From: Edaphobacter aggregans
GTDB lineage: Bacteria > Acidobacteriota > Terriglobia > Terriglobales > Acidobacteriaceae
Direction of reading: 5' to 3'
DNA: 32,000 bases
Assembly: GCF_003945235.1 (NCBI RefSeq)
Contig: NZ_RSDW01000001.1
Span: 3,360,001 to 3,392,000, forward strand
Shown: positions 1-9,748 of the stretch, in pieces
Position numbering within the stretch: position 1 is the stretch's first letter
Layout of the letters: every line of letters starts with the position of its first letter
Program-made: the position numbers and the translations under genes
The notes under the pieces: generated by a model
Databases searched by the model: none
Told to the model about the DNA's origin: nothing
The model's input: the letters and a program-made list of their open reading frames with translations, nothing else

Positions 1-2020
1 TACTGGTATCTGGCAAAAGGTCTTCCTCTCCGCCACCGGCCCCGTGCTGATCAAGAACCCGCTCGTCACCACCGATCTCCCCTTACCGAAGACCGACTCC
101 ACCGACGTCGCCATCCAGGCCACCGTCGAGAACATAACCGACCAGCCGCAGAAGGGCATCCTGAAGGGAAGCATCGACAAAATCGCCTTCCAACAGCCCG
201 TCGAACTAGCCCCGCATAGCACGCAACTAGTCAGCTTCGATCCCAAAACCACGCCCGTCCTCCACATCAATCAGCCGAAGCTCTGGTGGCCCAACGGTTA
301 TGGCCCGCAAAATCTCTACAAACTTCACCTCACCTTCGAGCAACAGAACAAACCCTCCGACACGCAGGACGTAAGCTTCGGCGTCCGCAAGATCACCTAC
401 TCCGTTCCCGACTCCGACAACCTCACCATCTCCGTCAACGGTGTCCGCGTCTTCATTCGCGGCGGCAACTGGGGACTCGACGAAGCCATGAAGCGCATCC
501 CACGCGAGCGTCTCGAAGCCAAGATCCGTCTGCACAAGCTGGCCAACCTCAATCTGATCCGCAACTGGGTCGGCCAAAGCACCAGCCAGGACTTTTACGA
601 CCTCTGCGACAAATACGGCATCCTCCTCTGGGACGAATTCTTCCAGCCCAATCCCAGTGATGGGCCCAATCCAACCGATCTCGACACCTACATCGCCAAC
701 GTCCGCGACAAGATCGTCCGCTTCCGCAACCATCCCTCCATCGCTGTCTGGTGCGCCCGCAACGAAGGCTTTCCACCCAAGGAGATCGACGACCGTCTCC
801 GTGCCCTCATGGCCGAGCTGGAACCCACGCGCATGTATCAACCCAGCTCCACCGAGGGCCACGGCGTCCACTCCGCAGGGCCTTATCACTGGCGAACTCC
901 CCGCGAGTTCTACGTCATCCATAACGACTTCTTCAAGACCGAAACCGGCAGCATGTCTGTTCCCACGCTTGAATCTATCCACGGCATGATCCCCAAAAGC
1001 GACTGGGAGACCATTACCGACAACTGGGCCGAACGCGACTTCGCCAAAGGCGCACAGGGCGGAGACATCTACCCCAGCATCATCGCCAGCCGCTACGGCA
1101 CCATCGCCAACCTCGCCGACTTCGTTCGCAAATCGCAACTCGCCAACTACGAAGCCTTCCGCGCCATGTACGAAGGCCGCAACGCACAGCTCTTCCATCC
1201 CGCCACAGGTGTCATCACCTGGATGAGCAACCCCGCACAGCCTAGCTTCGTCTGGCAGATCTATCACTACGACCTCGAGCCCAACTCCTCGCTCTTCGCC
1301 GTCAAGAAAGCCTCTGAGCTGATACACATTCAGTTCAACGAAGCAACCAGCGAACTCCAGGTCATCAACAACCTTCCCGATGCACTCGTCGGCGCGACCG
1401 CACACACCTTCATCTACAACCTCGACGGCACCATCGCCTATCAACACTCTGACAAGGTCACCGCGCAACCCGACACCGCGACGACCCTCGGCCCAGTTGC
1501 ATTCCCAACGACTCTCTCCCCCGTCCACTTCCTGAAGCTCGAACTCTACGACAACGACGGCAAACTTCTCTCCGACAACTTCTACTGGCGCGCCCAACCC
1601 GAGCATCAGGACGACCTTACAGCCCTCGGCAAGCTGCCTACCGTCAATCTCGAAGCACAGGTTCAGCGTAAGGACGCAGCCGGCAAGGCCCTCCTGACCG
1701 TGACCTTGCACAACCCATCGAAGAACCTCGCCCTCATGTCCCATCTCCAGCTACGCCGCCGCTCAGGAGACCGCGTTCTTCCCGTCTACTACAGCGACAA
1801 CTACATCTCGCTTGTCCCCAACGAAACCAAAACCATAACCATCGAAGCCGACCAGAAAGCTCTCAAGGGCGAAGACGCTCTGATCGCAGTCGATGGCTGG
1901 AACATCTCAGTTGCGCCAACATCCGCCGCCGGAGTCGCGATCGCACCCAACGTCGATGCCCAGCCCGATCACTGGCCAGCCACAGGACTCCCCTTCCAGA
2001 CGACAGGTCTACGCCAATAG
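1..2020 (+). CDS. Glycoside hydrolase family 2 protein (beta-mannosidase / exo-glucosaminidase-like), 5' end cut by the window edge
   Basis: The frame is open from nt 2 (TGIWQKVFLSATGPVLIKNP...), so the GTG at 44 is not the real start. GH2-type motifs are 'NLIRNWVGQSTSQDFYDLCDKYGILLWDEFF', 'VWCARNEG' (acid/base NE) and 'FKTETGSMS'. Stop TAG at 2018-2020. Confidence 0.85.
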   Translation, partial: TGIWQKVFLSATGPVLIKNPLVTTDLPLPKTDSTDVAIQATVENITDQPQKGILKGSIDKIAFQQPVELAPHSTQLVSFDPKTTPVLHINQPKLWWPNGYGPQNLYKLHLTFEQQNKPSDTQDVSFGVRKITYSVPDSDNLTISVNGVRVFIRGGNWGLDEAMKRIPRERLEAKIRLHKLANLNLIRNWVGQSTSQDFYDLCDKYGILLWDEFFQPNPSDGPNPTDLDTYIANVRDKIVRFRNHPSIAVWCARNEGFPPKEIDDRLRALMAELEPTRMYQPSSTEGHGVHSAGPYHWRTPREFYVIHNDFFKTETGSMSVPTLESIHGMIPKSDWETITDNWAERDFAKGAQGGDIYPSIIASRYGTIANLADFVRKSQLANYEAFRAMYEGRNAQLFHPATGVITWMSNPAQPSFVWQIYHYDLEPNSSLFAVKKASELIHIQFNEATSELQVINNLPDALVGATAHTFIYNLDGTIAYQHSDKVTAQPDTATTLGPVAFPTTLSPVHFLKLELYDNDGKLLSDNFYWRAQPEHQDDLTALGKLPTVNLEAQVQRKDAAGKALLTVTLHNPSKNLALMSHLQLRRRSGDRVLPVYYSDNYISLVPNETKTITIEADQKALKGEDALIAVDGWNISVAPTSAAGVAIAPNVDAQPDHWPATGLPFQTTGLRQ

Positions 2021-2092
2021 GCCCGTCTCAGCAGTTCAAAATTGTGACAAACCCCGATCTTCTGAATAGGATTGGTTCGGATAAAAAACACT

Positions 2093-4495
2093 ATGCGCCG
2101 ACGCGACTTTCTCAAGACCACTAGCACCCTCCTCGCCGCCACGACACTACCCTCGATTCCAGCACTCGCCGCCGAGACCCTCTCACAAGGCCGCACCGTC
2201 CTGCCGATGAACCGCGGCTGGCGCTATCATCCCAGCAAAGTCGAAGGAGCTGAGGCCATCACCTTTAACGACGCCTCCTTCGAAACCGTCGTAATTCCCC
2301 ACACCAACATCAAGCTGCCCTGGCACAGCTTCGACGACAAGATCTACGATTTCGTTTCCACCTATCGCCGCCGCTTCAAAACGCCCGCCGCCGCAAAAGG
2401 CAACCGCGTCTTCATCGACTTCGAAGGCGCAATGACTGCCTCAACCCTATGGATCAACGGCGTCTCTCTCGGCGAGTACAAAGGCGGCTTCACTCCCTTC
2501 ACCTTCGAGCTCACCGAGCATCTCAAGCCCACCGGAGAAAACGTTCTCGTGGTTCAACTCGACTCCACTGAGCGCGCTGACATCCCACCCTTTGGCAATG
2601 AGATCGACTACCTCACCTTCGGCGGCATCTACCGCGAGGTCTCCCTCCGCATCGTCCCGCAAACCTACATCGACAATATCTTTGCCCGCCCGCAAGACGT
2701 CCTCAGCGGCAAACCCGGGCTCGACGTCGACTGCTTCCTAGCAGGCAAAGCCGCGTCCGATCTCACCCTCGAAGTCGAACTCCGTGACGGCGACCGAACC
2801 GTAGCAAAGGCAACGCAGCCCGTTACCTTCACGCCCGGCACCGACCCAGACGCCGCTGCCAACCCCACCACCCACGCCCCAGTCCACGCCAGCACCCAGA
2901 CCATCCACGATCCCGCACGCCAAACCGTCTCACTCAAATCGATCGACGGTATCAAGCTCTGGGACCTCGAAAATCCGAGCCTCTACACCGTCCACGTCCG
3001 CCTGCTGCAATCTGCCAAACCCATCGACAGCGACACACGCCGCATCGGCTTCCGCGAGGCCACTTTCACCGATCACGGCTTCTCGCTCAACGGCAAAATC
3101 GTCAAATTGCGAGGCCTCAACCGCCATCAGACCTTCCCCTTCGTCGGCCAGGCCCAGCCCGCGCGAGCCCAGCGCCAGGACGCCAAAATCCTTCGCCACA
3201 ACCTGCACTGCAACCTCGTCCGCACCTCGCACTACCCACAGTCGCGCCACTTCCTCGACTGCTGCGATGAGATCGGACTTCTCGTGCTCGAAGAGATTCC
3301 CGGCTGGCAGCACATCGGCGACGAGCCCTGGAAGCAGGTCGCCATCGACAACGTCGGCCGCATGATCCGCCGCGACTGGAACCACCCCTCCATCATTCTC
3401 TGGGGTGTTCGTATCAACGAGTCGCGTGACGACCACAGCTTCTACAGCCGCACCAACGCCCTCGCACACCTGCTCGATACGACACGCCAGACAGGCGGCA
3501 TTCGCTACTTCCAGGAGTCTGAGTTCCTCGAAGACGTCTTCACGATGAACGACTTCGGCTTCCCCCTCAAAAAGCCGAACCACCCGCTCTACCTCAACAC
3601 CGAGTTCGTCGGCCACACCTTCCCCACCAAAACCATCGACGACGACGAGCGCCACCGCGAGCACACCCTCCGCCACGCCCGCATTCACAACCAGATCGGC
3701 TCCGACCCGCAGTACTCCGGCGGCATCGGCTGGTGCGCCTTCGACTACAACACCCACGCCAACTTCGGCGCCGGCGACCGCATCTGCTACCACGGCGTCA
3801 CCGATATCTTCCGCGAGCCCAAGCCCGCCGCCGGCTTCTACAAATCCCAGTGCGACCCCGCCGTGGAGATCGTCCTCGAACCCGCCTTCCACTGGGCCAA
3901 CAGCGACGAGGCAACAAGCTTCACCCAGGCCGTCGTCTGCTCCAACTGCGACCACCTCAAGTTCTACATGCGCAACGAAGGCGACGAATCGGCCCCATGG
4001 AAGCTCATCGCCGAGCTCGATCCCGACAGCACTGAGTTCCAACACCTTGCTCACCCGCCCTTCATCCTCGACCGTCGTCATCTGAAGACCGAGCAGCGTC
4101 ACGGCTGGGGAGACCTCCGCATCGACGGCTACATCAAGGACAAGCAAGTCATCTCCAGAAGCCTCTCCGGCAGCGGAGCCGACCGCAAATTCGCCCTCGT
4201 CCCCGACGACACCACGCTCGCCGCCGACGGAGCCGACAGCACCCGCGTAGTCTTCCGCGTCACTGATGAATTCGGAGCCATTCGCCCCTTCGCCAATGAC
4301 CCCGTCACCTTCAAGCTCGAAGGCCCCGCCGACCTTATCGGCGACAACCCCTTCGCCCTCATCGGAGGAACCGGAGCCGTCTGGGTCCGCGCAAAGCAAC
4401 AACCCGGTACCGTACGCGTAACCGCAACTCACCCCCGCCTCGGCACCCAAACCATCCAGATCACCCTCACCCCTGCTCCACCCGAAGCCATCTAG
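2093..4495 (+). CDS. Glycoside hydrolase family 2 protein (beta-galactosidase-like) with a twin-arginine signal peptide
   Basis: ATG at 2093 gives 'MRRRDFLKTTSTLLAATTLPSIPALAAE' (a Tat motif, RRxFLK). The TTG at 2072 is a less likely start. GH2 motifs are 'LVRTSHYPQSRHFLDCCDEIGLLVLEEIPGW', 'ILWGVRINES' and 'LNTEFVGH'. It starts 72 nt after the upstream GH2 gene on the same strand. Confidence 0.85.
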   Translation: MRRRDFLKTTSTLLAATTLPSIPALAAETLSQGRTVLPMNRGWRYHPSKVEGAEAITFNDASFETVVIPHTNIKLPWHSFDDKIYDFVSTYRRRFKTPAAAKGNRVFIDFEGAMTASTLWINGVSLGEYKGGFTPFTFELTEHLKPTGENVLVVQLDSTERADIPPFGNEIDYLTFGGIYREVSLRIVPQTYIDNIFARPQDVLSGKPGLDVDCFLAGKAASDLTLEVELRDGDRTVAKATQPVTFTPGTDPDAAANPTTHAPVHASTQTIHDPARQTVSLKSIDGIKLWDLENPSLYTVHVRLLQSAKPIDSDTRRIGFREATFTDHGFSLNGKIVKLRGLNRHQTFPFVGQAQPARAQRQDAKILRHNLHCNLVRTSHYPQSRHFLDCCDEIGLLVLEEIPGWQHIGDEPWKQVAIDNVGRMIRRDWNHPSIILWGVRINESRDDHSFYSRTNALAHLLDTTRQTGGIRYFQESEFLEDVFTMNDFGFPLKKPNHPLYLNTEFVGHTFPTKTIDDDERHREHTLRHARIHNQIGSDPQYSGGIGWCAFDYNTHANFGAGDRICYHGVTDIFREPKPAAGFYKSQCDPAVEIVLEPAFHWANSDEATSFTQAVVCSNCDHLKFYMRNEGDESAPWKLIAELDPDSTEFQHLAHPPFILDRRHLKTEQRHGWGDLRIDGYIKDKQVISRSLSGSGADRKFALVPDDTTLAADGADSTRVVFRVTDEFGAIRPFANDPVTFKLEGPADLIGDNPFALIGGTGAVWVRAKQQPGTVRVTATHPRLGTQTIQITLTPAPPEAI

Positions 4496-4531
4496 CCACC
4501 GCAAAAAACCGCAAAGCCAACCAAAGGAAGC

Positions 4532-4588
4532 GTCATCTCGACCGGAGCAGCGGACAGTTTCATCGTCCGCTGCGGAGTGGAGAGACCC
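4532..4588 (+). repeat. REP-2 intergenic repeat, copy a (conserved flanks around a perfect 9-bp hairpin)
   Basis: Sequence: gtcatctcgaccggagc-[gcagcggac agtttcatc gtccgctgc]-ggagtggagagaccc. The hairpin spans 4547-4573. The same flanks recur at 10292-10347 around an unrelated hairpin. Confidence 0.6.
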
Positions 4589-4703
4589 CCACATCTCGCC
4601 TTTGCTGTCGTCGTTGCACTTGCTGTTGCCGTCGCCTTTGTTGTTGCCGTTGCCTTTTGTTTGTCATCCCCGAAGGGGATCTGCTTCTGTCTTTGCCGTT
4701 GCC
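4589..4703. repeat. Composite degenerate repeat tract: half of a REP-1 arm, a GYYGYY triplet-periodic tract and a REP-3-like unit
   Basis: 'cccacatctcgcc' matches the left arm of REP-1 hairpin 1. Positions 4596-4660 are gctgtcgtcgttgc...gttgccgtcgcc...gttgccgttgcc. Positions 4663-4703 read 'gtcatccccgaaggggatctgcttctgtctttgccgttgcc', with hairpin atcccc-gaa-ggggat. A similar tail, 'gcatctgctgttgctcttgctcttcg', sits at 10378-10403. Confidence 0.45.
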
Positions 4704-4773
4704 TGTCCTCTTTCACCCGCCGCAAACCTCGCTCCTCGCCACAACATGAAACAATCCAAACGAGCCCCCGCAC

Positions 4774-6630
4774 ATGCCTTCATGGACCCAGCTTCCGAAG
4801 CACCTGCACGCACTCGCCGTCGCCACTCCAGGCTCGGTCCTGCTGCAAACCTCACGCTTCGACGCGGAAAACCACCATAGCTATCTCTTCCTTCACCCCA
4901 TCCACACCATCTCCGCCCACTCTCTCGCCGAAATCCCCGATCTCTTCCGCCGAATCGAGCTCGCCCTCGCACAGGGCCATCACGTCGCCGGATACCTAAG
5001 CTACGAATGCGGCTACCACTTCGAACGATTCGAAGAGCCTCCGCTATCACCACAACTCCCGCTCGCATGGTTCGGCGTCTATCTTCATCCCTTCATCTTC
5101 AATCACGCACAAGATTCTTTCGAAGGCCCCGCACCCAATCTCTCCAGGGTCCCATCGCCCCACACGATCCCTGATACCTTCGCGACGAACGCACAGCTCA
5201 CCATCACGGAAGACGAATACAGCGCAAAGATACAGCGCATCAAAAATTACATCGAGGCGGGCGACACCTACCAGGTCAACTTCACGGACTCTGTCACGGC
5301 TCACACTCCGCTCTCGCCCGCACAAGCCTTCGCCGCGTTGTCGGCTTCGCAACCTGTCTCCTACAGCGCCCTTATCAACCTAGCGACACGACACATTCTC
5401 TCGTTCTCCCCTGAACTCTTCTTCCGCATTAGGAACGGCCAAATCAGCACGCGCCCGATGAAAGGCACGATGCTGCGTGGCCTCGATCTCACGGAGGACG
5501 GGCAGCAAGCCAACCGGCTCCAAAGCGATGAAAAAAATCGCAGCGAGCACGTTATGATCGTCGATCTATTGCGCAACGATCTTGGCCGCCTCTGTGCACC
5601 CGGCAGCGTTCGCGTCGATGACATCTTCTCCGTCGAACGCTACGCAACTCTCTTGCAAATGACATCGACCGTCTCAGGCACCCTGCGCCCCGGCCTTCGC
5701 TACTACGACATCTTCCGAGCGCTCTTTCCCTCAGGCTCCATCACAGGCGCGCCAAAGATCCGAACCATGGAGATCATCCGCGAACTCGAAAGCCATCCAC
5801 GGGGCATCTACACCGGAGCCATCGGGCACATAGCGCCAAACGGCTCAGCAACATTCAACGTAGCCATCCGCACCCTCGTGCTCCAACAAGGAATTGCTCA
5901 CATGGGCGTAGGCGGAGGCATCGTCGCCGACTCCCTCCCCGCCGACGAGTACCGTGAGTGCCTTCTCAAAGCCAGCTTCCTCACCCGCGTACGCCACGAC
6001 TTTCAACTCATCGAAACGATGCTCTGCGAAAACGGCAGCATCACCCTGCTAAGTCTGCATCTAGACCGGCTTGAGGCTTCAGCACGCTACTTTGACTTTA
6101 TCTTCGATCGCGTCGAGGCGGGGACCCACATCACGGACTACACAAACCAGCTCCCCACAAACGAACCCCACCGCATCCGTCTCCTCTTAGACGCCACCGG
6201 CACCCCCACCCTCACCCACACATCCCTCACACCTGATCCGCCCACCCTAACCGCTCGCATTTCCACCGAACGCACCCACTCCACCGACGTCTTCCTCCGC
6301 CACAAAACCACTCACCGCGACCTCTACGAGCGCGAACTAGCCAAAGCCCGAGCCGAAGGCTGCGACGAAGTCCTCTTCCTCAACGAACGCAACGAACTCA
6401 CCGAAGGAGCTATCAGCAACCTCTTTCTCCAGCGCGAAGGCAAGCTCCTTACCCCCCCTCTCGCCTCTGGAGTCCTCCCCGGCATCTACCGCCGCCATCT
6501 CCTCGAAACCAACCCCACCGCCGAAGAACACATCCTCACCCCGCACGACCTCGACACCGCCGAAGCCATCTATCTCTGCAACTCCGTCCGAGGCTTACGC
6601 CGCATCACCAACCTCATCCGCTCGATTTAA
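4774..6630 (+). CDS. pabB: Aminodeoxychorismate synthase component I fused to aminodeoxychorismate lyase (PabB-PabC fusion, folate pathway)
   Basis: Chorismate-binding motifs are 'SPELFFRI', 'TRPMKGT', 'DEKNRSEHVMIVDLLRNDLGR', 'LFPSGSITGAPKIRTMEII' and 'RGIYTGAIG'. The C-terminal ~200 aa is class-IV aminotransferase/PabC-like ('FLRHKTTHRDLYE', 'CDEVLFLNERNELTEGAISNLF'). Confidence 0.85.
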   Translation: MPSWTQLPKHLHALAVATPGSVLLQTSRFDAENHHSYLFLHPIHTISAHSLAEIPDLFRRIELALAQGHHVAGYLSYECGYHFERFEEPPLSPQLPLAWFGVYLHPFIFNHAQDSFEGPAPNLSRVPSPHTIPDTFATNAQLTITEDEYSAKIQRIKNYIEAGDTYQVNFTDSVTAHTPLSPAQAFAALSASQPVSYSALINLATRHILSFSPELFFRIRNGQISTRPMKGTMLRGLDLTEDGQQANRLQSDEKNRSEHVMIVDLLRNDLGRLCAPGSVRVDDIFSVERYATLLQMTSTVSGTLRPGLRYYDIFRALFPSGSITGAPKIRTMEIIRELESHPRGIYTGAIGHIAPNGSATFNVAIRTLVLQQGIAHMGVGGGIVADSLPADEYRECLLKASFLTRVRHDFQLIETMLCENGSITLLSLHLDRLEASARYFDFIFDRVEAGTHITDYTNQLPTNEPHRIRLLLDATGTPTLTHTSLTPDPPTLTARISTERTHSTDVFLRHKTTHRDLYERELAKARAEGCDEVLFLNERNELTEGAISNLFLQREGKLLTPPLASGVLPGIYRRHLLETNPTAEEHILTPHDLDTAEAIYLCNSVRGLRRITNLIRSI

Positions 6631-6733
6631 ACTGGATACCATTTACAGAGTCGCCTTCCACGACGATGATGGATGCTTCGATCGAGACAGAAGCAGATAG
6701 CAACTCAAAACAAGCCTCACCGCACGGAGAGTA

Positions 6734-9655
6734 ATGTCCACATCGTCCACCACGACCACCGCCGCATCGCCCTTCGTTCTTCTGCCCAGCTCCCACGCGC
6801 GCTATAACGAGAGATTCCCCGCCGCAGCCGACCTCGAGCAAGCCCTCCGTCAAAAGATCCGCGGCGAAGTCCGCTTCGACGACACCTCCCGTGCCCTCTA
6901 CGCCACCGACGCCTCCAACTACCGCCACATCCCCATCGGCCTCGTCCTCCCACTCGACGAAGCTGACGTCATCGCCACCGTCGAAATCTGCCGCCACTTC
7001 AAAGCCCCCCTCCTGTCACGCGGAGGAGGCACCTCGCTCTCGGGCCAGGGCTGCAACTTCGCCGTCATCCTCGACTTCTCGAAGTACATGAACAAGATGG
7101 GCCCCGTCGACCCCGTCACCCGCACCGTGCATGTCCAACCCGGCATTGTCCTCGACCGCGTCCGCGAGGCCGCCGAAAAATTTGCCCTCACCTACGCCCC
7201 CGACCCCGCCACGCACAGCCGCTGCACCATCGGCGGCATGATCGGCAACAACTCCTGCGGCATCCACGCTCTCATGGGCGGCAAGACCGTCGACAACATC
7301 CACTCCCTCGACATCCTCCTCTACGACGGCACCCGCATGACCGTCGGCCCCACCACCGAAGCCGAACTCACCGCCCACATCGCCGCCGGAGGCCGCATCG
7401 GCCAGATCTACGCTGAACTCAAGCGCCTCCGCGACACCTACTCCGCACTCGTCCGTGAAAAATTCCCCAACATCCCCCGCCGCGTCTCCGGCTTCAACCT
7501 CGACGAGCTCCTCCCCGAAAACCACTTCAACGTAGCCCGAGCCCTAGTCGGCAGCGAAGGCACCTGCGCCGTCATCCTCGGAGCCACCCTCAACCTGGTC
7601 CAAAGCCCCCAGTTCCGCACCCTCGTCGGTGTCGGCTTCGAAGACGTCTTCATCGCCGCCGACCACGTCCCGCTCGTCCTCACCCACAAGCCCATCGGCC
7701 TCGAAGGCATGGACAGACTCCTCCTCGATGCCCTCCGCCGCAAACAAAAAGCTCTCGCCGACCTCCCACTTCTCCCCGAAGGCCGAGGCTTCCTCCTCGT
7801 CGAATTCGGTGGCGCAACCCAGGCCGAAGCCGACGAACGAGCCGCCACCCTGGCCCTATCGTTGCAGACCATCACTCCCACCCGCATCTACACCAAGCCT
7901 GAAGCTGCCCGTGTCTGGGCCATCCGAGAATCCGGCCTCGGTGCCACCGCCTTCATCCCAGGCATCCCTACCGGCTGGGAAGGCTGGGAAGATGCCGCCG
8001 TCGACCCAACCCAGCTCGGCTCCTACCTCCGCAGCATCGTCGCCCTCATGCAGGAGTACGGCTACCACAGCCCCATGTACGGACACTTCGGCCAGGGCTG
8101 CGTCCACATGCGCATCTCCTTCGACCTCGAGACCGAAAAAGGCATCCTCGATTTCCGTGAATTCATGGACCGCGCCGCCGACATTGCCCTCGCCCACGGC
8201 GGCTCCCTCTCCGGCGAACACGGCGACGGCCAGGCCCGCGGCGCTCTCCTCCCCAAGATGTTTGGCCCCGAGCTCATGGACGCCTTCCGCGCCTTCAAGC
8301 GCCTCTGGGACCCCGCCAACCGCCTCAACCCCAACAAAATGATCGACGGCCACGAGATCCATGAAGACCTCCGCCTCGGCGCCGACTACAACCCCTGGCA
8401 ACCCAAAACCCACTTCGCCTTCGCCGAAGACAACGGCTCCTTCCCTGCCGCCACCCTCCGCTGCGTAGGCGTCGGAGCCTGCCGCAAAGCCGACGCCGGA
8501 ACGATGTGCCCCAGCTTCATGGCCACGGGCGAAGAGCTCCACTCCACCCGCGGTCGCGCCCATCTCCTCTGGGAGCTCATGCAGGGCGAAGTCCTCCCCA
8601 AACAGTGGAAGAACGAGCAGGTCCGCGAATCCCTCGACCTCTGCCTCTCCTGCAAAGCCTGCAAATCCGAGTGCCCCGTCTCCGTCGACATGGCCACCTA
8701 CAAGGCCGAGTTCCTCGCCCATCACTACGAAGGCGCTCACCGCCCACTCTCCCACTACGCCTTCGGACGCATCGACCTCTGGGCCCACATCGCCTCCTTC
8801 GCGCCCCGTCTCGTCAACGCCATCAACAACGCACCCGGCATCAGAGGCCTCATCAAGTCCCTCCTCCACATCCACCCCAACCGCACCTTCCCGCGCTTCG
8901 CTAAACCCTTCACCAGCGAGCCCCGCCCAGCCCAGCCAACCGGCAACGCCGACGTCTTCCTCTGGGCCGACACCTTCAACAACTACTTCCACCCTTCCAC
9001 CATGCGAGCCGCCTACCAGGTCCTCACCGGCGCCGGCTTCCGCATCTCCCTGCCCCAGCATCATCTCTGCTGCGGCCGCCCCCTCTACGATTTCGGCCTG
9101 CTCAACAACGCCCGCGAGTATCTCCTCAAGGTCCTCACCGCCCTCGCCCCCCAACTCGACGCCGGCACCCCCATCGTCGTCCTCGAGCCAAGCTGCGCCT
9201 CCGTCTTCCGCGACGAGCTCACCAACCTCCTCCCCAACGACCCTCGCGCCGCCAAGCTCCGCAGCCAGACCTTCCTCCTCAGCGAGTTCCTCGTCCGCTA
9301 CGCCCCCGACTACGAGCCCCCGCAGATCAGCGAGAAGATCGTCGTCCACGGCCACTGCCACCACAAGGCAACCATGACGATGGCAGACGAGCTAAAACTC
9401 CTCCGCGCCACTGGAGCCGAAGTAAAACTCCTCGACTCCGGCTGCTGCGGCATGGCCGGCCCCTTCGGCTTCGAAAAAGACAAATTCGACCTCTCACAAA
9501 AACTAGGCGAACGAGTCCTCCTGCCCGCCGTCCGCGCCAATACCGAAGCCATCATCGTCAGCGACGGCTTCAGCTGCTGCGAACAAATCACCCAAAACAC
9601 CACCAGCCGCCCGAAACACCTCGCCGAAGTCCTGGCCCAACCCTCGCAGCAATAA
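6734..9655 (+). CDS. FAD-linked oxidase (GlcD-like) fused to a 4Fe-4S / CCG-domain Fe-S oxidoreductase (GlcF-like); YdiJ-type architecture
   Basis: 973 aa. The N-terminal FAD-binding PCMH region has 'LSRGGGTSLSGQ'. The C-terminal oxidase region has 'GSLSGEHGDGQARG'. Ferredoxin-type cysteine motifs are 'CVGVGACRK' and 'CLSCKACKSECP', followed by cysteine-rich CCG-like repeats ('HHLCCGRP', 'LDSGCCGMAGPFG'). RBS GGAGA lies before the ATG. Confidence 0.8.
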   Translation: MSTSSTTTTAASPFVLLPSSHARYNERFPAAADLEQALRQKIRGEVRFDDTSRALYATDASNYRHIPIGLVLPLDEADVIATVEICRHFKAPLLSRGGGTSLSGQGCNFAVILDFSKYMNKMGPVDPVTRTVHVQPGIVLDRVREAAEKFALTYAPDPATHSRCTIGGMIGNNSCGIHALMGGKTVDNIHSLDILLYDGTRMTVGPTTEAELTAHIAAGGRIGQIYAELKRLRDTYSALVREKFPNIPRRVSGFNLDELLPENHFNVARALVGSEGTCAVILGATLNLVQSPQFRTLVGVGFEDVFIAADHVPLVLTHKPIGLEGMDRLLLDALRRKQKALADLPLLPEGRGFLLVEFGGATQAEADERAATLALSLQTITPTRIYTKPEAARVWAIRESGLGATAFIPGIPTGWEGWEDAAVDPTQLGSYLRSIVALMQEYGYHSPMYGHFGQGCVHMRISFDLETEKGILDFREFMDRAADIALAHGGSLSGEHGDGQARGALLPKMFGPELMDAFRAFKRLWDPANRLNPNKMIDGHEIHEDLRLGADYNPWQPKTHFAFAEDNGSFPAATLRCVGVGACRKADAGTMCPSFMATGEELHSTRGRAHLLWELMQGEVLPKQWKNEQVRESLDLCLSCKACKSECPVSVDMATYKAEFLAHHYEGAHRPLSHYAFGRIDLWAHIASFAPRLVNAINNAPGIRGLIKSLLHIHPNRTFPRFAKPFTSEPRPAQPTGNADVFLWADTFNNYFHPSTMRAAYQVLTGAGFRISLPQHHLCCGRPLYDFGLLNNAREYLLKVLTALAPQLDAGTPIVVLEPSCASVFRDELTNLLPNDPRAAKLRSQTFLLSEFLVRYAPDYEPPQISEKIVVHGHCHHKATMTMADELKLLRATGAEVKLLDSGCCGMAGPFGFEKDKFDLSQKLGERVLLPAVRANTEAIIVSDGFSCCEQITQNTTSRPKHLAEVLAQPSQQ

Positions 9656-9672
9656 CAGTACCGCCAGAATGC

Positions 9673-9730
9673 GGGTGCCCCATGTCTCGCGTCTGAGACA
9701 TGGGTTCATTCGCGCAAAGCGCGAACCGCT
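9673..9730 (+). repeat. REP-1 two-hairpin repeat, copy A
   Basis: Sequence: gggtgc-cccatgtctc-gcgtct-gagacatggg-ttca-ttcgcgc-aaa-gcgcgaa-ccgct. It has a 10-bp and a 7-bp perfect stem. It lies 18 nt beyond the stop of the STAS gene. Confidence 0.8.
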
Positions 9731-9748
9731 GACGCCTGAGCAACAACG

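Noticed and set aside
227-1744. Very long antisense ORFs opposite real genes: 227-1744(-), 2930-4594(-), 7856-9364(-), 11735-12805(+), 15803-16570(-), 23828-24634(-) and 27672-28898(-).
   Set aside because: Their translations are low-complexity (Gly/Val/Ala/Glu/Arg/His/Pro-rich) with no family motifs. The opposite strand carries unambiguous GH2, YdiJ-like, ABC-F, PHP-like, DUF5995-like and receptor motifs. Stop-poor mirror frames are expected in GC-rich, strongly skewed sequence.
4492-4999. ORFs 4492-4773(-), 4577-4999(+) and 4602-4880(+) spanning the GH2 to pabB intergenic region.
   Set aside because: They are translations of the REP-2/REP-3/GYYGYY repeat tract (for example 'KATATTKATATASATTTAKA' and 'AVAVAFVVAVAF'). 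They have no RBS and they overlap the well-supported pabB start.
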